Positions 28,486 through 39,063 of a DNA stretch of 64,000 nucleotides are shown here, in pieces (the stretch's first letter is position 1; every line of letters starts with the position of its first letter). The stretch is from Pseudomonadota bacterium (GTDB lineage: Bacteria; Pseudomonadota; Alphaproteobacteria; Acetobacterales; Acetobacteraceae), in contig JAJZEV010000006.1 of the NCBI GenBank assembly GCA_021805665.1, forward strand, positions 6 through 64,005, written 5' to 3'. The translations under genes were made by a program, and so were the position numbers. The notes below the pieces were generated by a model, which saw only the letters and a program-made list of their open reading frames with translations, was not told the DNA's origin and searched no databases.

Positions 28486-29232
28486 CTACAGCAACTGCCC
28501 GCCATCGACCACGATCGTCTGTCCGGTCACCCACGACGCCAGCGGCGACGCCAGGAACATCGCCACGTTTGCCACCTCCTCCGGCGTGCCCAGCCGTCCG
28601 AACGGGATCGCGTTCAGCACGGCCCCGTACAGCTTCGGGTTTTCGGTCTTCCGTCGGTCCCAGACCCCGCCGGGGAACTCAATCGACCCCGGTGCAATCC
28701 CGTTCACCCGGATTCCACTGCGCGCATACATTGCCGCCTGGGTGTTCGTGTAATGAATGACTGCCGCCTTAATCGCCCCATAAGGCGGCTGCCGTGCGGC
28801 CGATCGCAGCGCGGACACCGACGACGTGTTGACGACACTGCCCTTGGACGCCGTCAGGAACGGCAGCGCCGCCTGCGTCGCATGCACGATGGCCAGCATG
28901 TCGATCGCCAGACTGGCCACCCAGGCCGCCTCGTCGTCCGCCGACCCAAACGCCGAGGCGTTGTTCACGAGCACGTCGATCCCCCCCAGGGCCGAGGCAG
29001 CATCGGCGATATAGGTCTTGATAGCAGCCCCGTCGGCCAGATCCACGCTGGCCGCATGTGCCGTGTGGCCGAACGCCGCGATCTCCTGCCGCGTGGCCTC
29101 CAGCGTGTCCGCTCCGCGCGCGCAGATCGAAACATCCGCCCCCGCTGCGGCCAGGCCCAGCGCGATCGCCCGCCCAATGCCCCGGCTGCCGCCGCAAATA
29201 ATGGCCTTTCGGCCGGTAAAGTCGAAATTCAT
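28486..29232 (-). CDS. Short-chain dehydrogenase/reductase
   Basis: Start MNFDFTG; GGSRGIG, LVNNAS, YGAIK, PFGRLGTPEEVA. Confidence 0.92.
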   Translation of the reverse strand: MNFDFTGRKAIICGGSRGIGRAIALGLAAAGADVSICARGADTLEATRQEIAAFGHTAHAASVDLADGAAIKTYIADAASALGGIDVLVNNASAFGSADDEAAWVASLAIDMLAIVHATQAALPFLTASKGSVVNTSSVSALRSAARQPPYGAIKAAVIHYTNTQAAMYARSGIRVNGIAPGSIEFPGGVWDRRKTENPKLYGAVLNAIPFGRLGTPEEVANVAMFLASPLASWVTGQTIVVDGGQLL

Positions 29233-29454
29233 CGCATTCCCCCTGTTTTCATCTGCCAATCCAACACCGATTTGACTGTCCGGCGCAATCCGGACACCGG
29301 CCCCGGCGCGCGTGCCGCGGGATGTATGCCGTCGTGGCAACGTGATTTGGTTTCGGTCGAGCCCGCCGCCCATGATCCCGAGGCAATCGGCTCCGGCGGC
29401 ATCCACGCCATCGCGGATCGCTTACCCACGGCTTTCACGACGAGGCAGCAACCG

Positions 29455-30921
29455 GTGTACCGCCAGATCATCGGCTACATTCCATCCAATGTGATTCCGG
29501 CACTCGTTTCGGTGCTGATGATCTATGCCTATACACGCCTTCTCTCGCCGCAGGCGTTCGGCAGCTACAGCTATGTCTTCTCGGCCGTGCTTCTGCTGCA
29601 AACGTCTTTGTTTTATGCCCTGCCGATCGCGCTGATGCGGTTTTTTCCCGGCGCGGCCCTCGCTGGCCGGCAGGACGGGCTGCTGAAGGAAACCTATGTC
29701 GTGTTCTACGCCATGGGCCTCGCGGTCGTCGCCATCGGTATTGCGGCCAGCTTCGTGCTGCCGCTTCCACCGGAGTACCGCGCCGCCGCGTGGCTGGCGA
29801 TGCCAATGCTGCTGTTCCGTTCGCTGGTGCAATTGAACCAGGCCGTCAACCGTTCCGCCAACCGGATGGGGCGCTTCAATACCATCGAATGTCTCCACGC
29901 GGTACTCGGGTTCGGGATTGGCATCGCTGCCCTTTTCGTCATCGGTCACGGTCCCGAGGCGATCGTCCTTGGGCTGACCCTCGCGGCCGTGGTCTGCTCT
30001 GCCCTGGACATCAAACTCCTGGTCTCGCCGTTACGCCGCGGCGCTGGTCCGCTGGACCGCGCCGAACTGCTGAAACTTGTCGAATATGCCTCGCCGCTGG
30101 TCGCCGTGGCCGCCACGTCCATGATTCTCCAGAACAGCGACCGGTTCCTGATCGGCTCGCTGGCCGGGGCAGGGATGCTGGGGATTTATGCCGTCGCCTA
30201 TAATTTGGTGGAACGGCCGACGACGCTGATCTGTTCCTCGATCTCCACCGCCACCTTCCCCCTGGTCGTGCAGGTGCTGGAGCATGGAGGTCGGGAAGCC
30301 GCACGCATCCAGGCCGGACGCAACGGCATCGCACTGCTGGCCGTCACTCTGCCCGCCTGCGTGGGGCTTGCGCTGACCGCCGACTATATCGCCGCGTCGC
30401 TGGTCGGCCCGGACTTCCGGGAAGGCGTCGCCGGACTGATCCCGATCATGAGCTTCACCGCCCTGGCCCGGGGGCTGCGTGCCCACTTCATCGATCACGC
30501 CTTCCATCTGTCCGGCAGGCCGCTGCTGATGCTGTGGACCTATGGACCGGCGACGGTGCTGAACATCGCGCTGAACATCTATGTAGTTCCACGTTACGGC
30601 ATGATGGGCGCGGCCTGGACGGCGCTGGTCTGTCAGGGTGCGACGGCGCTGGGCGGCTGGTTCCTGGGCACGTCGTTGTTCCCGGTTTGGCTGCCGCCGG
30701 GCCAGGTCGCGGCCTGCATTCTCGCGGTCGTTCCCATGAGTGCGGCGCTGATGCTGCTCCGCTTTCCGCTGGACTGGGCCGGTCTGTCCGCCGCCATTTC
30801 CCTCGGCGGCGGCCTCTATCTGGTCAGTGCCGCCGCGCTGAACGTCGGCGGCGTCCGTTCGGAAGGGTTGAAAGCCCTGCGCGCCCGGTTACGAACCGGT
30901 ATTCCCGCCCTCATGGACTGA
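29455..30921 (+). CDS. Wzx-like polysaccharide/oligosaccharide flippase (MOP superfamily)
   Basis: GTG start (488 aa); YTRLLSPQAFGSY, about 12-14 TM, QNSDRFLIG..AG...GIYAVAY, NIALN..VVPRYG..GAAW. Confidence 0.82.
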   Translation: MYRQIIGYIPSNVIPALVSVLMIYAYTRLLSPQAFGSYSYVFSAVLLLQTSLFYALPIALMRFFPGAALAGRQDGLLKETYVVFYAMGLAVVAIGIAASFVLPLPPEYRAAAWLAMPMLLFRSLVQLNQAVNRSANRMGRFNTIECLHAVLGFGIGIAALFVIGHGPEAIVLGLTLAAVVCSALDIKLLVSPLRRGAGPLDRAELLKLVEYASPLVAVAATSMILQNSDRFLIGSLAGAGMLGIYAVAYNLVERPTTLICSSISTATFPLVVQVLEHGGREAARIQAGRNGIALLAVTLPACVGLALTADYIAASLVGPDFREGVAGLIPIMSFTALARGLRAHFIDHAFHLSGRPLLMLWTYGPATVLNIALNIYVVPRYGMMGAAWTALVCQGATALGGWFLGTSLFPVWLPPGQVAACILAVVPMSAALMLLRFPLDWAGLSAAISLGGGLYLVSAAALNVGGVRSEGLKALRARLRTGIPALMD

Positions 30922-30938
30922 CCAGCGCTCGGTGTCGG

Positions 30939-31934
30939 CTAACCGGGCTGCAAGGCCACCGTCAGGTGGGTTGTCAACACATTGCCTTCGCGCAGCAATT
31001 TGATCTCGATCGTCGATCCGATCCGGTCGGGCGCCAGAAACGCCCGCAAGGCCTGCGGCCCCGATGCGCTTGTGCCGTTCAGCGCCAGCAGCACATCGCC
31101 AACCCGCAGGCCGGCCATCTCAGCCGGCCCGCCCCTGGTCAGGCTGACGACCATCCGCCCCGAACTTTGCCCCGCCCGGGCCGCCAACGCGTCCGGCACC
31201 GTGATCGGCTGCAATGCTACCCCCAGCCATGCGCGCCGGCCAGACGAGGCAGCGGGCGCGCCATGCGCGGCCATCGGAGCCGTCAAGCCATCGGCCGCCG
31301 CGGCGGCCGGGGCGACGGCGGCGGAGGGCAAGGGCGCAGGTGCCAGTGACGGCACAACAGGCCGAACCCCGGCAACCGCGGGACCTTGGATCAGCATTCG
31401 CCCGATCGCGTTGCTGGGGATCGCCATTGGCTCATTGGTTGGACCCATCGCCGCGATGCCGATCAGACGCCCCTCGGTATCGAGGACTAATCCGCCGAAG
31501 TCGATCCTGTCAGCCGAAAGATCCAGCACCGGGGCATAACCCTCCGCCGTCCGCGCAAGCCGGTGGATCACCGTCAGCCGGAATGTCGGCGAACCGTCGG
31601 CATCCGCGCCCACGACAATCGCCATGCCCCCCGCGGACCCGGTTGCGATCTCCGGATTCGCGACCGTGTATGCCGCTTCCAGCGTCAGCATCGCCAGGTT
31701 GGCCCCGGAGTCGCGCGCCGCGCACAACGCCCCGACCACCGAACCGTTCGGCAACACGACTGAATACCGCTCCAGCGCCGGCAGAGCCTGATCGCAGGTG
31801 ACGATCAGGTTCCCCTCGCATATCAAACCGGTGATATGCCGGTTCGGGGCGATCCGAATGGCGCAAAGCCGGGATGCCGCCCGACCCGCGAGTTCCAGCA
31901 CCGATTGCGAAAACGCCGCCAGTGCCCCGCTCAT
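30939..31934 (-). CDS. HtrA/S1C-like trypsin-fold + PDZ protein with degenerate catalytic triad
   Basis: Trypsin_2-like N-terminus, Pro/Ala linker, PDZ (RAWLGVALQP...GPAEMAGLRVGDVLL); triad positions read Q, N, F. Confidence 0.78.
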   Translation of the reverse strand: MSGALAAFSQSVLELAGRAASRLCAIRIAPNRHITGLICEGNLIVTCDQALPALERYSVVLPNGSVVGALCAARDSGANLAMLTLEAAYTVANPEIATGSAGGMAIVVGADADGSPTFRLTVIHRLARTAEGYAPVLDLSADRIDFGGLVLDTEGRLIGIAAMGPTNEPMAIPSNAIGRMLIQGPAVAGVRPVVPSLAPAPLPSAAVAPAAAAADGLTAPMAAHGAPAASSGRRAWLGVALQPITVPDALAARAGQSSGRMVVSLTRGGPAEMAGLRVGDVLLALNGTSASGPQALRAFLAPDRIGSTIEIKLLREGNVLTTHLTVALQPG

Positions 31935-32089
31935 AGTGGCAAGGTAACGACTATATGTGTTCCCAACCGTTCCATCCGAACGCCCGCCCCTGCTCGCGCA
32001 CCGTCGTCACGGCTTCGTGATATCCCCGGTCCCCGCCCAAGTCTATCACAAAGCCGCGGCCCGCCCGATCGACAGGACCGCGGATGTCC

Positions 32090-32664
32090 GGGCCGGGTCC
32101 CACGTTCAGCGCCCCCTTTTGGCGGCACCATGCTGACGCATGGGGCGCCGCCCAACCCGCCGCCGCCCGCCAAGGTCAACGATCTCAGCGAGGCGGCCGC
32201 GGTGTCGGCTTCGCGGGCGGCCGCTACAAAAACAAGGTCGCCTGTGCCCGCGTGACAGTGCATCGGGATGTCGATCGGGACGTCGCCCTGCGCCGCATCC
32301 GGTGCGCCGCCGACGCGGGCCTGGTCATCAACCCGGATGGGGTCCGCAATCGGCCTGCGGGCGGGATCGTCCCCGCCGCCAGCATGCAACTGTCAGCATG
32401 ACACTGAAGAAGCAGGTGACGCTGGATCGGGACGGACGTACCTCGCTGGACTGGGACAGCTACCCGACCCTGCGGTTCTCGGAAGTGTCGGAGATCGAGG
32501 CCACGATCGTGCGTAACCCGGATCGGCCGCCGCCGGGCATGGGTGAATGCACGTTCGGCCCCACCGCGGCCACCGTGGCCAACGCCGTTGCCCATACACT
32601 GAATGTTCGCGTCCGCGATATGCCCCCGACGGGGGAACGGAGCGCCGCCACGCTGGCACGATGA
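32090..32664 (+). pseudogene. Frameshifted 3' remnant of a xanthine dehydrogenase-family molybdopterin subunit (isoquinoline/nicotinate dehydrogenase beta-like)
   Basis: One frame reads GRGVGFAGGRYKNK...IRCAADAGLVINPDGVRNRPAGGIV; it continues in another frame as TLKKQV..TSLDWDSYPTLRFSEV..PPPGMGE..GPTAATVANAV...RVRDMP; the 5' part is missing. Confidence 0.8.
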
Positions 32665-32984
32665 ATACCGATGCGATCACGGCGCTGAACCGCGGTGTTC
32701 AGCATGCAAACCGATCCGCCCGATACCTTGATTCGATCGATCCGCCGCGAGTTTTCCAGTTACGCGCAACGGTCGCGCCGGCTTCTGTCGGCCGTCGTCC
32801 GGTGAACCGGTCGGCGATGGTGAACCCGTTCTTGAAATCGACATGGATTCTGCCCCCGGCGGCAAACCCGCACGCCAAGTCCACCCCCCGCGTTGACCCG
32901 CATCCAACCTGGGTCTAATCACCCGCTGACGGTTCGGCGCCACCGTCAGGCTCAACAAGGGCGCCGACAGAACTGGAGCGATGC

Positions 32985-33416
32985 GTGAGAGACGTGCGCG
33001 ACGCGCTGATGGTAGCGCGTGACTCGAATGGCAAACTGGTGCGCAGGCCGATGTCGCCGCACCTTCAGGTCTATCGTTGGCCGATCAGCATGGCCTTGTC
33101 GATCCTGCACCGCGTCTCGGGCGTGGCCTTGGGTGTCGGCACCCTGATGCTGACATGGTGGCTGGTTGCCGCCGCCAGCGCCGACGATGTGTTCGACCGC
33201 GCGCAATGGTTCATGGGTTCGGCCCTTGGCCTGCTGTTGCTGTTCGGCTGGTCCGTCGCCTTGATCTTTCATTTCTTCAGCGGCATCCGGCATCTATTCT
33301 GGGATGCCGGCCACGGCTTTGACGCCCCTGCCTATAATACGACGGGCTGGGCAGTCGTGATCGCCACCGGCGTCTGTTCGGTGTTGGTCTGGGTCGTCGG
33401 TTTGGCGGTTTGGTAA
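32985..33416 (+). CDS. sdhC: Succinate dehydrogenase cytochrome b556 subunit
   Basis: RPMSPHLQVYR, SILHRVSG, HFFSGIRHL.WD; start could be at 33009. Confidence 0.95.
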   Translation: MRDVRDALMVARDSNGKLVRRPMSPHLQVYRWPISMALSILHRVSGVALGVGTLMLTWWLVAAASADDVFDRAQWFMGSALGLLLLFGWSVALIFHFFSGIRHLFWDAGHGFDAPAYNTTGWAVVIATGVCSVLVWVVGLAVW

Positions 33417-33424
33417 GGCACAAC

Positions 33425-33820
33425 ATGTCCGGAACACCTCATATCGATATGCTGCGCTCCCCGCTTGGCCGGGCGCGCGGTCTGGGTTCTGCCAGGGCCG
33501 GCTCCCATCATTGGTGGGCGCAGCGGCTGACGGCGGTTGCTCTGGTGCCGTTGACCCTATGGTTCATCTTCTCGGTGATCCACCTGTCTGGCGCTTCCCA
33601 CGACCGGGTGATCGACTGGATGTCGTCGCCCTGGACTCTGGCACCGATGCTGGCGCTGATCGTCGCGACATTTCATCACCTGCAGCTGGGTTTGCAGGTC
33701 GTGATCGAGGATTATGTGCATGAGGAGCGGCTCAAGGTGCCCTCGATCATGCTGGTCAAGGGCCTCAGCGTGATCCTGGCGCTGGTTTGTATCGTCTCGG
33801 TGCTGAAAATCGGGCTATAG
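33425..33820 (+). CDS. sdhD: Succinate dehydrogenase hydrophobic membrane anchor
   Basis: RARGLGSA..GSHHWWAQRLTA, HLQLGLQVVIEDYVH. Confidence 0.95.
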   Translation: MSGTPHIDMLRSPLGRARGLGSARAGSHHWWAQRLTAVALVPLTLWFIFSVIHLSGASHDRVIDWMSSPWTLAPMLALIVATFHHLQLGLQVVIEDYVHEERLKVPSIMLVKGLSVILALVCIVSVLKIGL

Positions 33821-33841
33821 GCCCAAAGGAACGAAAACGCG

Positions 33842-35653
33842 ATGAATGCGATCACGATGCCCTCGTCACGGGCGTACAACGTGGTGGATCACACCTATGA
33901 TGTGGTCGTGGTGGGTGCGGGCGGTTCCGGCCTGCGGGCGACGTTCGGCATGGGTGCCTCTGGCCTGAAAACCGCTTGCATCACCAAGGTGTTTCCAACC
34001 CGCAGCCATACCGTGGCGGCGCAAGGTGGCATCGGCGCGGCACTGGGCAACATGGGTGAGGATGACTGGCGCTGGCATATGTACGACACCGTCAAGGGGT
34101 CGGACTGGCTGGGTGACCAGGACGCCATCGAATACATGTGCCGGGAAGCTATTCCAGCGGTTTACGAGTTGGAACATTACGGCGTGCCGTTCAGCCGCAC
34201 GGAAGACGGGCGTATCTACCAGCGTCCGTTCGGCGGCCACATGAAGGAATACGGCAAGGAACCGGCGATGCGCGCCTGCGCCGCCGCCGACCGCACCGGC
34301 CATGCCATTCTGCACACGCTGTATCAGCAAAGCCTGAAGCACGACGTCGAGTTCTTCATCGAGTATTTCGCGCTCGACCTGATCATGGACGATGAAGGCG
34401 TATGCCGCGGCGTGATGGCCTGGAACCTGGAAGACGGCACCATCCACCGGTTCCGCGCCCAGACGGTTGTATTGGCAACCGGTGGTTACGGCCGCGCCTA
34501 TCTGTCTTGCACGTCGGCGCATACCTGTACGGGCGATGGCACCGGCATGGTGCTGCGCGCTGGTCTGCCGGCGCAGGACATGGAATTCGTCCAGTTCCAC
34601 CCTACCGGCATCTTTCCCGCCGGTTGCCTGATTACCGAGGGCGCCCGTGGGGAAGGCGGTTATCTGACCAATTCCGAAGGTGAGCGTTTCATGGAACGCT
34701 ATGCCCCCACCGCCAAGGATCTGGCCAGCCGCGACGTTGTCTCACGCTCGATGACCATGGAAATCAATGCCGGCCGCGGCTGCGGTCCGCACAAAGATCA
34801 CATCATGCTCCATCTGGAGCATTTGGGCGCCGATCTGCTGCACGAACGCCTGCCGGGCATCTCGGAAACGGCGAAAGTGTTCGCTGGCGTGGACGTAACG
34901 AAAGCGCCGATCCCGGTGCTGCCGACCGTTCATTATAACATGGGCGGTATCCCGACCAATGTGCATACCGAAGTCCTTCGCCCGACCAAGGATAACCCCG
35001 ACGCAACGGTGCGCGGCTTGATGGCCGTCGGCGAAGCCGCTTGCGTGTCGGTGCATGGTGCAAACCGCCTTGGCACCAACTCGTTGCTGGATCTGGTGGT
35101 GTTCGGCCGAGCGGCGGCACACCGTGCGGCGGAGACGATCAAGCCCGGCGCCGGGCAGCCGACGTTGCCGCCCAAGGCCGGAGAGTCCTCGCTGGACCGG
35201 TTCGACCGTACCCGCCATGCCAAGGGCGGCACCAAGGTGTCCGAACTGCGGATGTCGATGCAGCGGACCATGCAAGGCCATGCGGCGGTGTTCCGTACCG
35301 CCCAAAGCATGACCGAGGGCGTGGAGAAAATGAAAAAGGTCTGGAGCGGCCTGACCGACATGGCCGTGTCCGATCGCAGCCTGGTGTGGAACAGCGATCT
35401 GATGGAAGCGCTGGAGCTGCAAAACCTGATGGGCAGTGCGATGACCACCATGGTCGGCGCCGAGGCGCGCCATGAAAGCCGCGGCGCCCATGCCCATGAC
35501 GATTTTCCGGATCGCGATGACCATAATTGGATGAAGCACACTCTGGCATGGTGCGACGACAAGGGCGACGTGAAGCTGGATTACCGGCCGGTCAAAATGC
35601 AGACGATGACCAACGAAGTGTCGGTCTTCCCGCCGAAGAAGCGGGTTTACTAA
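33842..35653 (+). CDS. sdhA: Succinate dehydrogenase flavoprotein subunit
   Basis: [16 protein letters not shown] covalent FAD His, QFHPTG, HYNMGG, HGANRLG. Confidence 0.98.
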   Translation: MNAITMPSSRAYNVVDHTYDVVVVGAGGSGLRATFGMGASGLKTACITKVFPTRSHTVAAQGGIGAALGNMGEDDWRWHMYDTVKGSDWLGDQDAIEYMCREAIPAVYELEHYGVPFSRTEDGRIYQRPFGGHMKEYGKEPAMRACAAADRTGHAILHTLYQQSLKHDVEFFIEYFALDLIMDDEGVCRGVMAWNLEDGTIHRFRAQTVVLATGGYGRAYLSCTSAHTCTGDGTGMVLRAGLPAQDMEFVQFHPTGIFPAGCLITEGARGEGGYLTNSEGERFMERYAPTAKDLASRDVVSRSMTMEINAGRGCGPHKDHIMLHLEHLGADLLHERLPGISETAKVFAGVDVTKAPIPVLPTVHYNMGGIPTNVHTEVLRPTKDNPDATVRGLMAVGEAACVSVHGANRLGTNSLLDLVVFGRAAAHRAAETIKPGAGQPTLPPKAGESSLDRFDRTRHAKGGTKVSELRMSMQRTMQGHAAVFRTAQSMTEGVEKMKKVWSGLTDMAVSDRSLVWNSDLMEALELQNLMGSAMTTMVGAEARHESRGAHAHDDFPDRDDHNWMKHTLAWCDDKGDVKLDYRPVKMQTMTNEVSVFPPKKRVY

Positions 35654-35687
35654 GCCGGTCGTCGTCATTTTCCAGGATCGTGAGACA

Positions 35688-36470
35688 ATGGTCGAATTCA
35701 ACCTTCCCCTGAACAGCCGAGTCGGCCAGGGACAGACCTTCAAGGCCCCCGCGGGCGCCAAGCGCGTCCGCGATTTCAAGATTTACCGCTGGAGCCCGGA
35801 TGACGGGAAAAACCCGCGCACCGACACCTATCAGATCGATCTGGACGCCTGCGGCCCAATGGTCCTGGACGCCTTGATAAAAATCAAAAACGAGATCGAC
35901 CCCACACTGACGTTCCGCCGGTCATGCCGCGAGGGCATTTGCGGCTCCTGCGCCATGAACATCGACGGCAGCAACACGCTGGCCTGCCTGAAGCCAATCG
36001 AGGACGTGAAAGGCGATGTCAAGATAAGCCCGCTGCCGCACATGCCGGTGGTTAAGGACCTGATCCCTGACCTGTCCCAGGCCTATGCGCAATATCGTTC
36101 GGTAAAGCCCTGGATGCAGGCCGACACCCCCGCCCCGCCGGACGGCGAACGACTGCAAAGCAAGGAAGAGCGCGCCAAGCTGGATGGGATGTGGGAATGT
36201 ATCCTCTGCTTCTGCTGCTCCACATCCTGCCCCAGCTACTGGTGGAACGGTGATCGCTATCTGGGGCCGGCCGTGTTGTTGGCAGCTTACCGCTGGATCG
36301 CTGATTCCCGCGATGAGGAAACCGGCCAGCGCCTGGACGAGCTTGAAGACCCCTTCAAGTTGTATCGCTGCCACACGATCATGAACTGCACCAACACCTG
36401 CCCCAAGGGCCTGAACCCGGCCAAAGCCATCGGTACAATCAAACAGTTGATCGTCGAACGTCAGGGCTAG
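35688..36470 (+). CDS. sdhB: Succinate dehydrogenase iron-sulfur subunit
   Basis: [36 protein letters not shown]. Confidence 0.98.
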   Translation: MVEFNLPLNSRVGQGQTFKAPAGAKRVRDFKIYRWSPDDGKNPRTDTYQIDLDACGPMVLDALIKIKNEIDPTLTFRRSCREGICGSCAMNIDGSNTLACLKPIEDVKGDVKISPLPHMPVVKDLIPDLSQAYAQYRSVKPWMQADTPAPPDGERLQSKEERAKLDGMWECILCFCCSTSCPSYWWNGDRYLGPAVLLAAYRWIADSRDEETGQRLDELEDPFKLYRCHTIMNCTNTCPKGLNPAKAIGTIKQLIVERQG

Positions 36471-36480
36471 CAGCGGCCAT

Positions 36481-36508
36481 GCCGCCGGCCAGGAGTCCGG
36501 CTGGCGGC
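36481..36508 (+). terminator. Hairpin downstream of sdhB
   Basis: gccgccggcc / ggctggcggc 10-bp stem (one G-U); weak U-tract. Confidence 0.45.
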
Positions 36509-36592
36509 GTGTCCCTTACCTGTTGTCCCCCCTTTGACGCGAGGCATCCGAACGGCGATGCTTGGCCGTAATATGCTCGCGGGGACGTAACA

Positions 36593-37291
36593 ATGATCGA
36601 GGTTTGGACCTGGCCAACACCCAACGGCCATAAAATCCATATTGCCCTGGAAGAACTCGGACTGTCCTACAAGGTCATTCCGATCAATATTGGCAAGGGT
36701 GATCAGTTCAAGCCGGAATTCCTGGCGATCACCCCTAATCATCGCGTGCCCGCGATCGTAGATCCTGAAGGACCGGGCGGTAAGCCGCTGAAATTGTTCG
36801 AGTCCGCTGCCATTATGATTTACCTGTCGGAAAAGACCGGCGGCAGGCTGATCCCCGCCGATCCCGGCGCACGATACATCTGTCTGCAATGGATGATGTT
36901 CCAGATGGGCGGAACCGGTCCAATGTTCGGCCAGTACAATCACTTCGCCAACTACGCGGTCCAAAAGATACCTTATGCGATCGAACGCTATGCCAATGAG
37001 GTCAGGCGCCTGCACCGTGTGCTGAACAAGCGGCTCGCGGAGTCCGAATACCTTGCCGGTTCAGATTATTCGATGGCCGACATCATCAATTTCCCCTGGA
37101 TCCGAAATCCGGATCGCCGGAATATCGACCTGCGGGACTATCCCCACTTGAAGCGCTGGCACGATACGATAGCGGTTCGGCCCGCCGTCCTGCGCGGCCT
37201 GGAAGTGCTGGCGGAAAGCCAACGCCGCGGCCAGATGACCGATGCGGAAAGAGACATCATGTTCGGAAAAACACAATTCCAGGAACGGTAG
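36593..37291 (+). CDS. Glutathione S-transferase, YfcG/YghU (Nu-class)-like
   Basis: WPTPNG, PNHRVPAIVD, FESAAI, QMGGTGPMFGQ, YSMADI. Confidence 0.92.
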   Translation: MIEVWTWPTPNGHKIHIALEELGLSYKVIPINIGKGDQFKPEFLAITPNHRVPAIVDPEGPGGKPLKLFESAAIMIYLSEKTGGRLIPADPGARYICLQWMMFQMGGTGPMFGQYNHFANYAVQKIPYAIERYANEVRRLHRVLNKRLAESEYLAGSDYSMADIINFPWIRNPDRRNIDLRDYPHLKRWHDTIAVRPAVLRGLEVLAESQRRGQMTDAERDIMFGKTQFQER

Positions 37292-37415
37292 CCCAGCTTC
37301 CCATCAGGCGCGTCGCTGTGTGAACACTTTTATATTACAGCCAGCTCAGCTATAGTGTGAAATGAGAGTGCGGCAACGCAAGCAGCATGATCGCAGGAGC
37401 AGGTTCGGGCACAAT

Positions 37416-38789
37416 ATGACCGCGCGTATTCTGATCGTGGATGATGTGCCTGCGAATACGCGCTTGCTAGAGGCCAAGCTGGCGGCTGAATATTATCAGG
37501 TGACCTCGGCCCGCGATGGCTTTGAAGCGCTTGCAGCGGCACAATCATGGCAACCGGACCTGATCCTTCTCGACGTGATGATGCCCGGCATGGATGGGTA
37601 TGAGTGCTGTCGTCGGCTGAAAGAAGACCCGGCCACTCTCCATATCCCTGTTGTGATGGTCACCGCGCTGGGTGAACCCGCGGAACGTTTGCACGGCCTG
37701 GATGCCGGCGCCGACGACTTTCTGACCAAACCGGTGGATTACGACACCTTGATGGCACGCGTCCGCAGCTTGGTGCGGCTGAAGCGCCTGCTGGACGAAT
37801 GGCGCGCCCGTGGCGATACCGCGCGCGCACTCGGCCTCAGTACCGATCGGCTGTGCATTCCATCGGTTGCCGGTGCGCGTGTATTGGTCGTCGATGACTG
37901 GGATCAAAGCGCCCGGGGTATCCAGGACGCCCTCAAGGTGGACGGCGTCGTTCCTGCCCGGGCCAGCACCCATGCAGAGGTGCATACCCTGACCGCCGCG
38001 GTGAATTTCGACCTTCTGGTGATCAGCCTTTCGCTCGCCGAGGAAGACCCGCTCAGGCTGGTGTCGATGCTCCGGGCTTCGGACACCACACACGAAACGC
38101 CGCTGCTGCTGGTCGGGGAAGCCGCCGAAAAGGACCGCATCCTGCGCGGCTTTTCGCTCGGTGCCAACGACTGCCTGCTGCAGCCGGTAGATCCTAATGA
38201 ACTCCGCGCCCGCGCCCGCAACCAAATCCGCCGCAAATTCTATCAGGACCGGCTGCGATCGGACCTGGGAACGGCGCTGGAGATGGCACTGACCGATCCG
38301 CTCACCGGGCTTTACAACCAACGCTATTTGCGTCGGCACCTGGGTGGACTGATGGACAGCGGCCAGGGACGTCCGCTGGCCGTGCTCATGCTCGACGTGG
38401 ACCACTTCAAGCTGGTCAACGACCGCTTCGGCCACGCCTCGGGCGATCGTGCATTGCGCCTGATCGCCGACTGCCTGCGCATCAATACCCGCGTCTTCGA
38501 TTCAGTGGCCCGCTATGGCGGGGAGGAATTCGTCGTCGTCATGCCGGGCACTGCTATGGAAGAAGCCACCGCTGCGGCCGAACGTCTCCGTTCGGCTATC
38601 GAGGTCATCGAATTCGTGGCGCTGGATGGAACGTCGGTGCCGCTAACGGCAAGCATCGGGGTAGCCTGCACGCCAACGGCGTCAGGCTCCCCGGAAATGC
38701 TTCTGCAGGCCGCCGATGCTGCCCTGTATGACGCTAAGCGTAATGGGCGGAACCGGGTGGAAGTCGCTGGAACGGCGCCAGTTACTTAA
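37416..38789 (+). CDS. pleD: PleD-type diguanylate cyclase (REC-REC'-GGDEF)
   Basis: [21 protein letters not shown] phosphoacceptor, second receiver lacking Asp, RVFD I-site, ARYGGEEF active site. Confidence 0.93.
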   Translation: MTARILIVDDVPANTRLLEAKLAAEYYQVTSARDGFEALAAAQSWQPDLILLDVMMPGMDGYECCRRLKEDPATLHIPVVMVTALGEPAERLHGLDAGADDFLTKPVDYDTLMARVRSLVRLKRLLDEWRARGDTARALGLSTDRLCIPSVAGARVLVVDDWDQSARGIQDALKVDGVVPARASTHAEVHTLTAAVNFDLLVISLSLAEEDPLRLVSMLRASDTTHETPLLLVGEAAEKDRILRGFSLGANDCLLQPVDPNELRARARNQIRRKFYQDRLRSDLGTALEMALTDPLTGLYNQRYLRRHLGGLMDSGQGRPLAVLMLDVDHFKLVNDRFGHASGDRALRLIADCLRINTRVFDSVARYGGEEFVVVMPGTAMEEATAAAERLRSAIEVIEFVALDGTSVPLTASIGVACTPTASGSPEMLLQAADAALYDAKRNGRNRVEVAGTAPVT

Positions 38790-38949
38790 TCTTGGCTTCC
38801 TTGAACACGACGTGCTTGCGCACGACCGGATCGTACTTGTTGAGCTCCAGCTTCGTGGTCTGTGCGCGTGCGTTCTTTTTCGTCACATAGAAAAAGCCCG
38901 TGTCCGCCGTGGACACCAGTTTGATCTGAACGGTATTCGACTTGGCCAT
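38782..38949 (-). CDS. rpmG: 50S ribosomal protein L33 (no zinc-ribbon Cys)
   Basis: Not in the ORF track; translates to [55 protein letters not shown]. Confidence 0.97.
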   Translation of the reverse strand: MAKSNTVQIKLVSTADTGFFYVTKKNARAQTTKLELNKYDPVVRKHVVFKEAKIK

Positions 38950-39063
38950 CAGCCTGATCCTTAAAAGGGCAATCCAGCGGTAAGCGCCCGATGAGGGGCG
39001 GGAAAATGCTCAACAACCCCCTCGCGGTCAAGTCTTTGATGCGGGGGGCTGGCATGAATGCCG

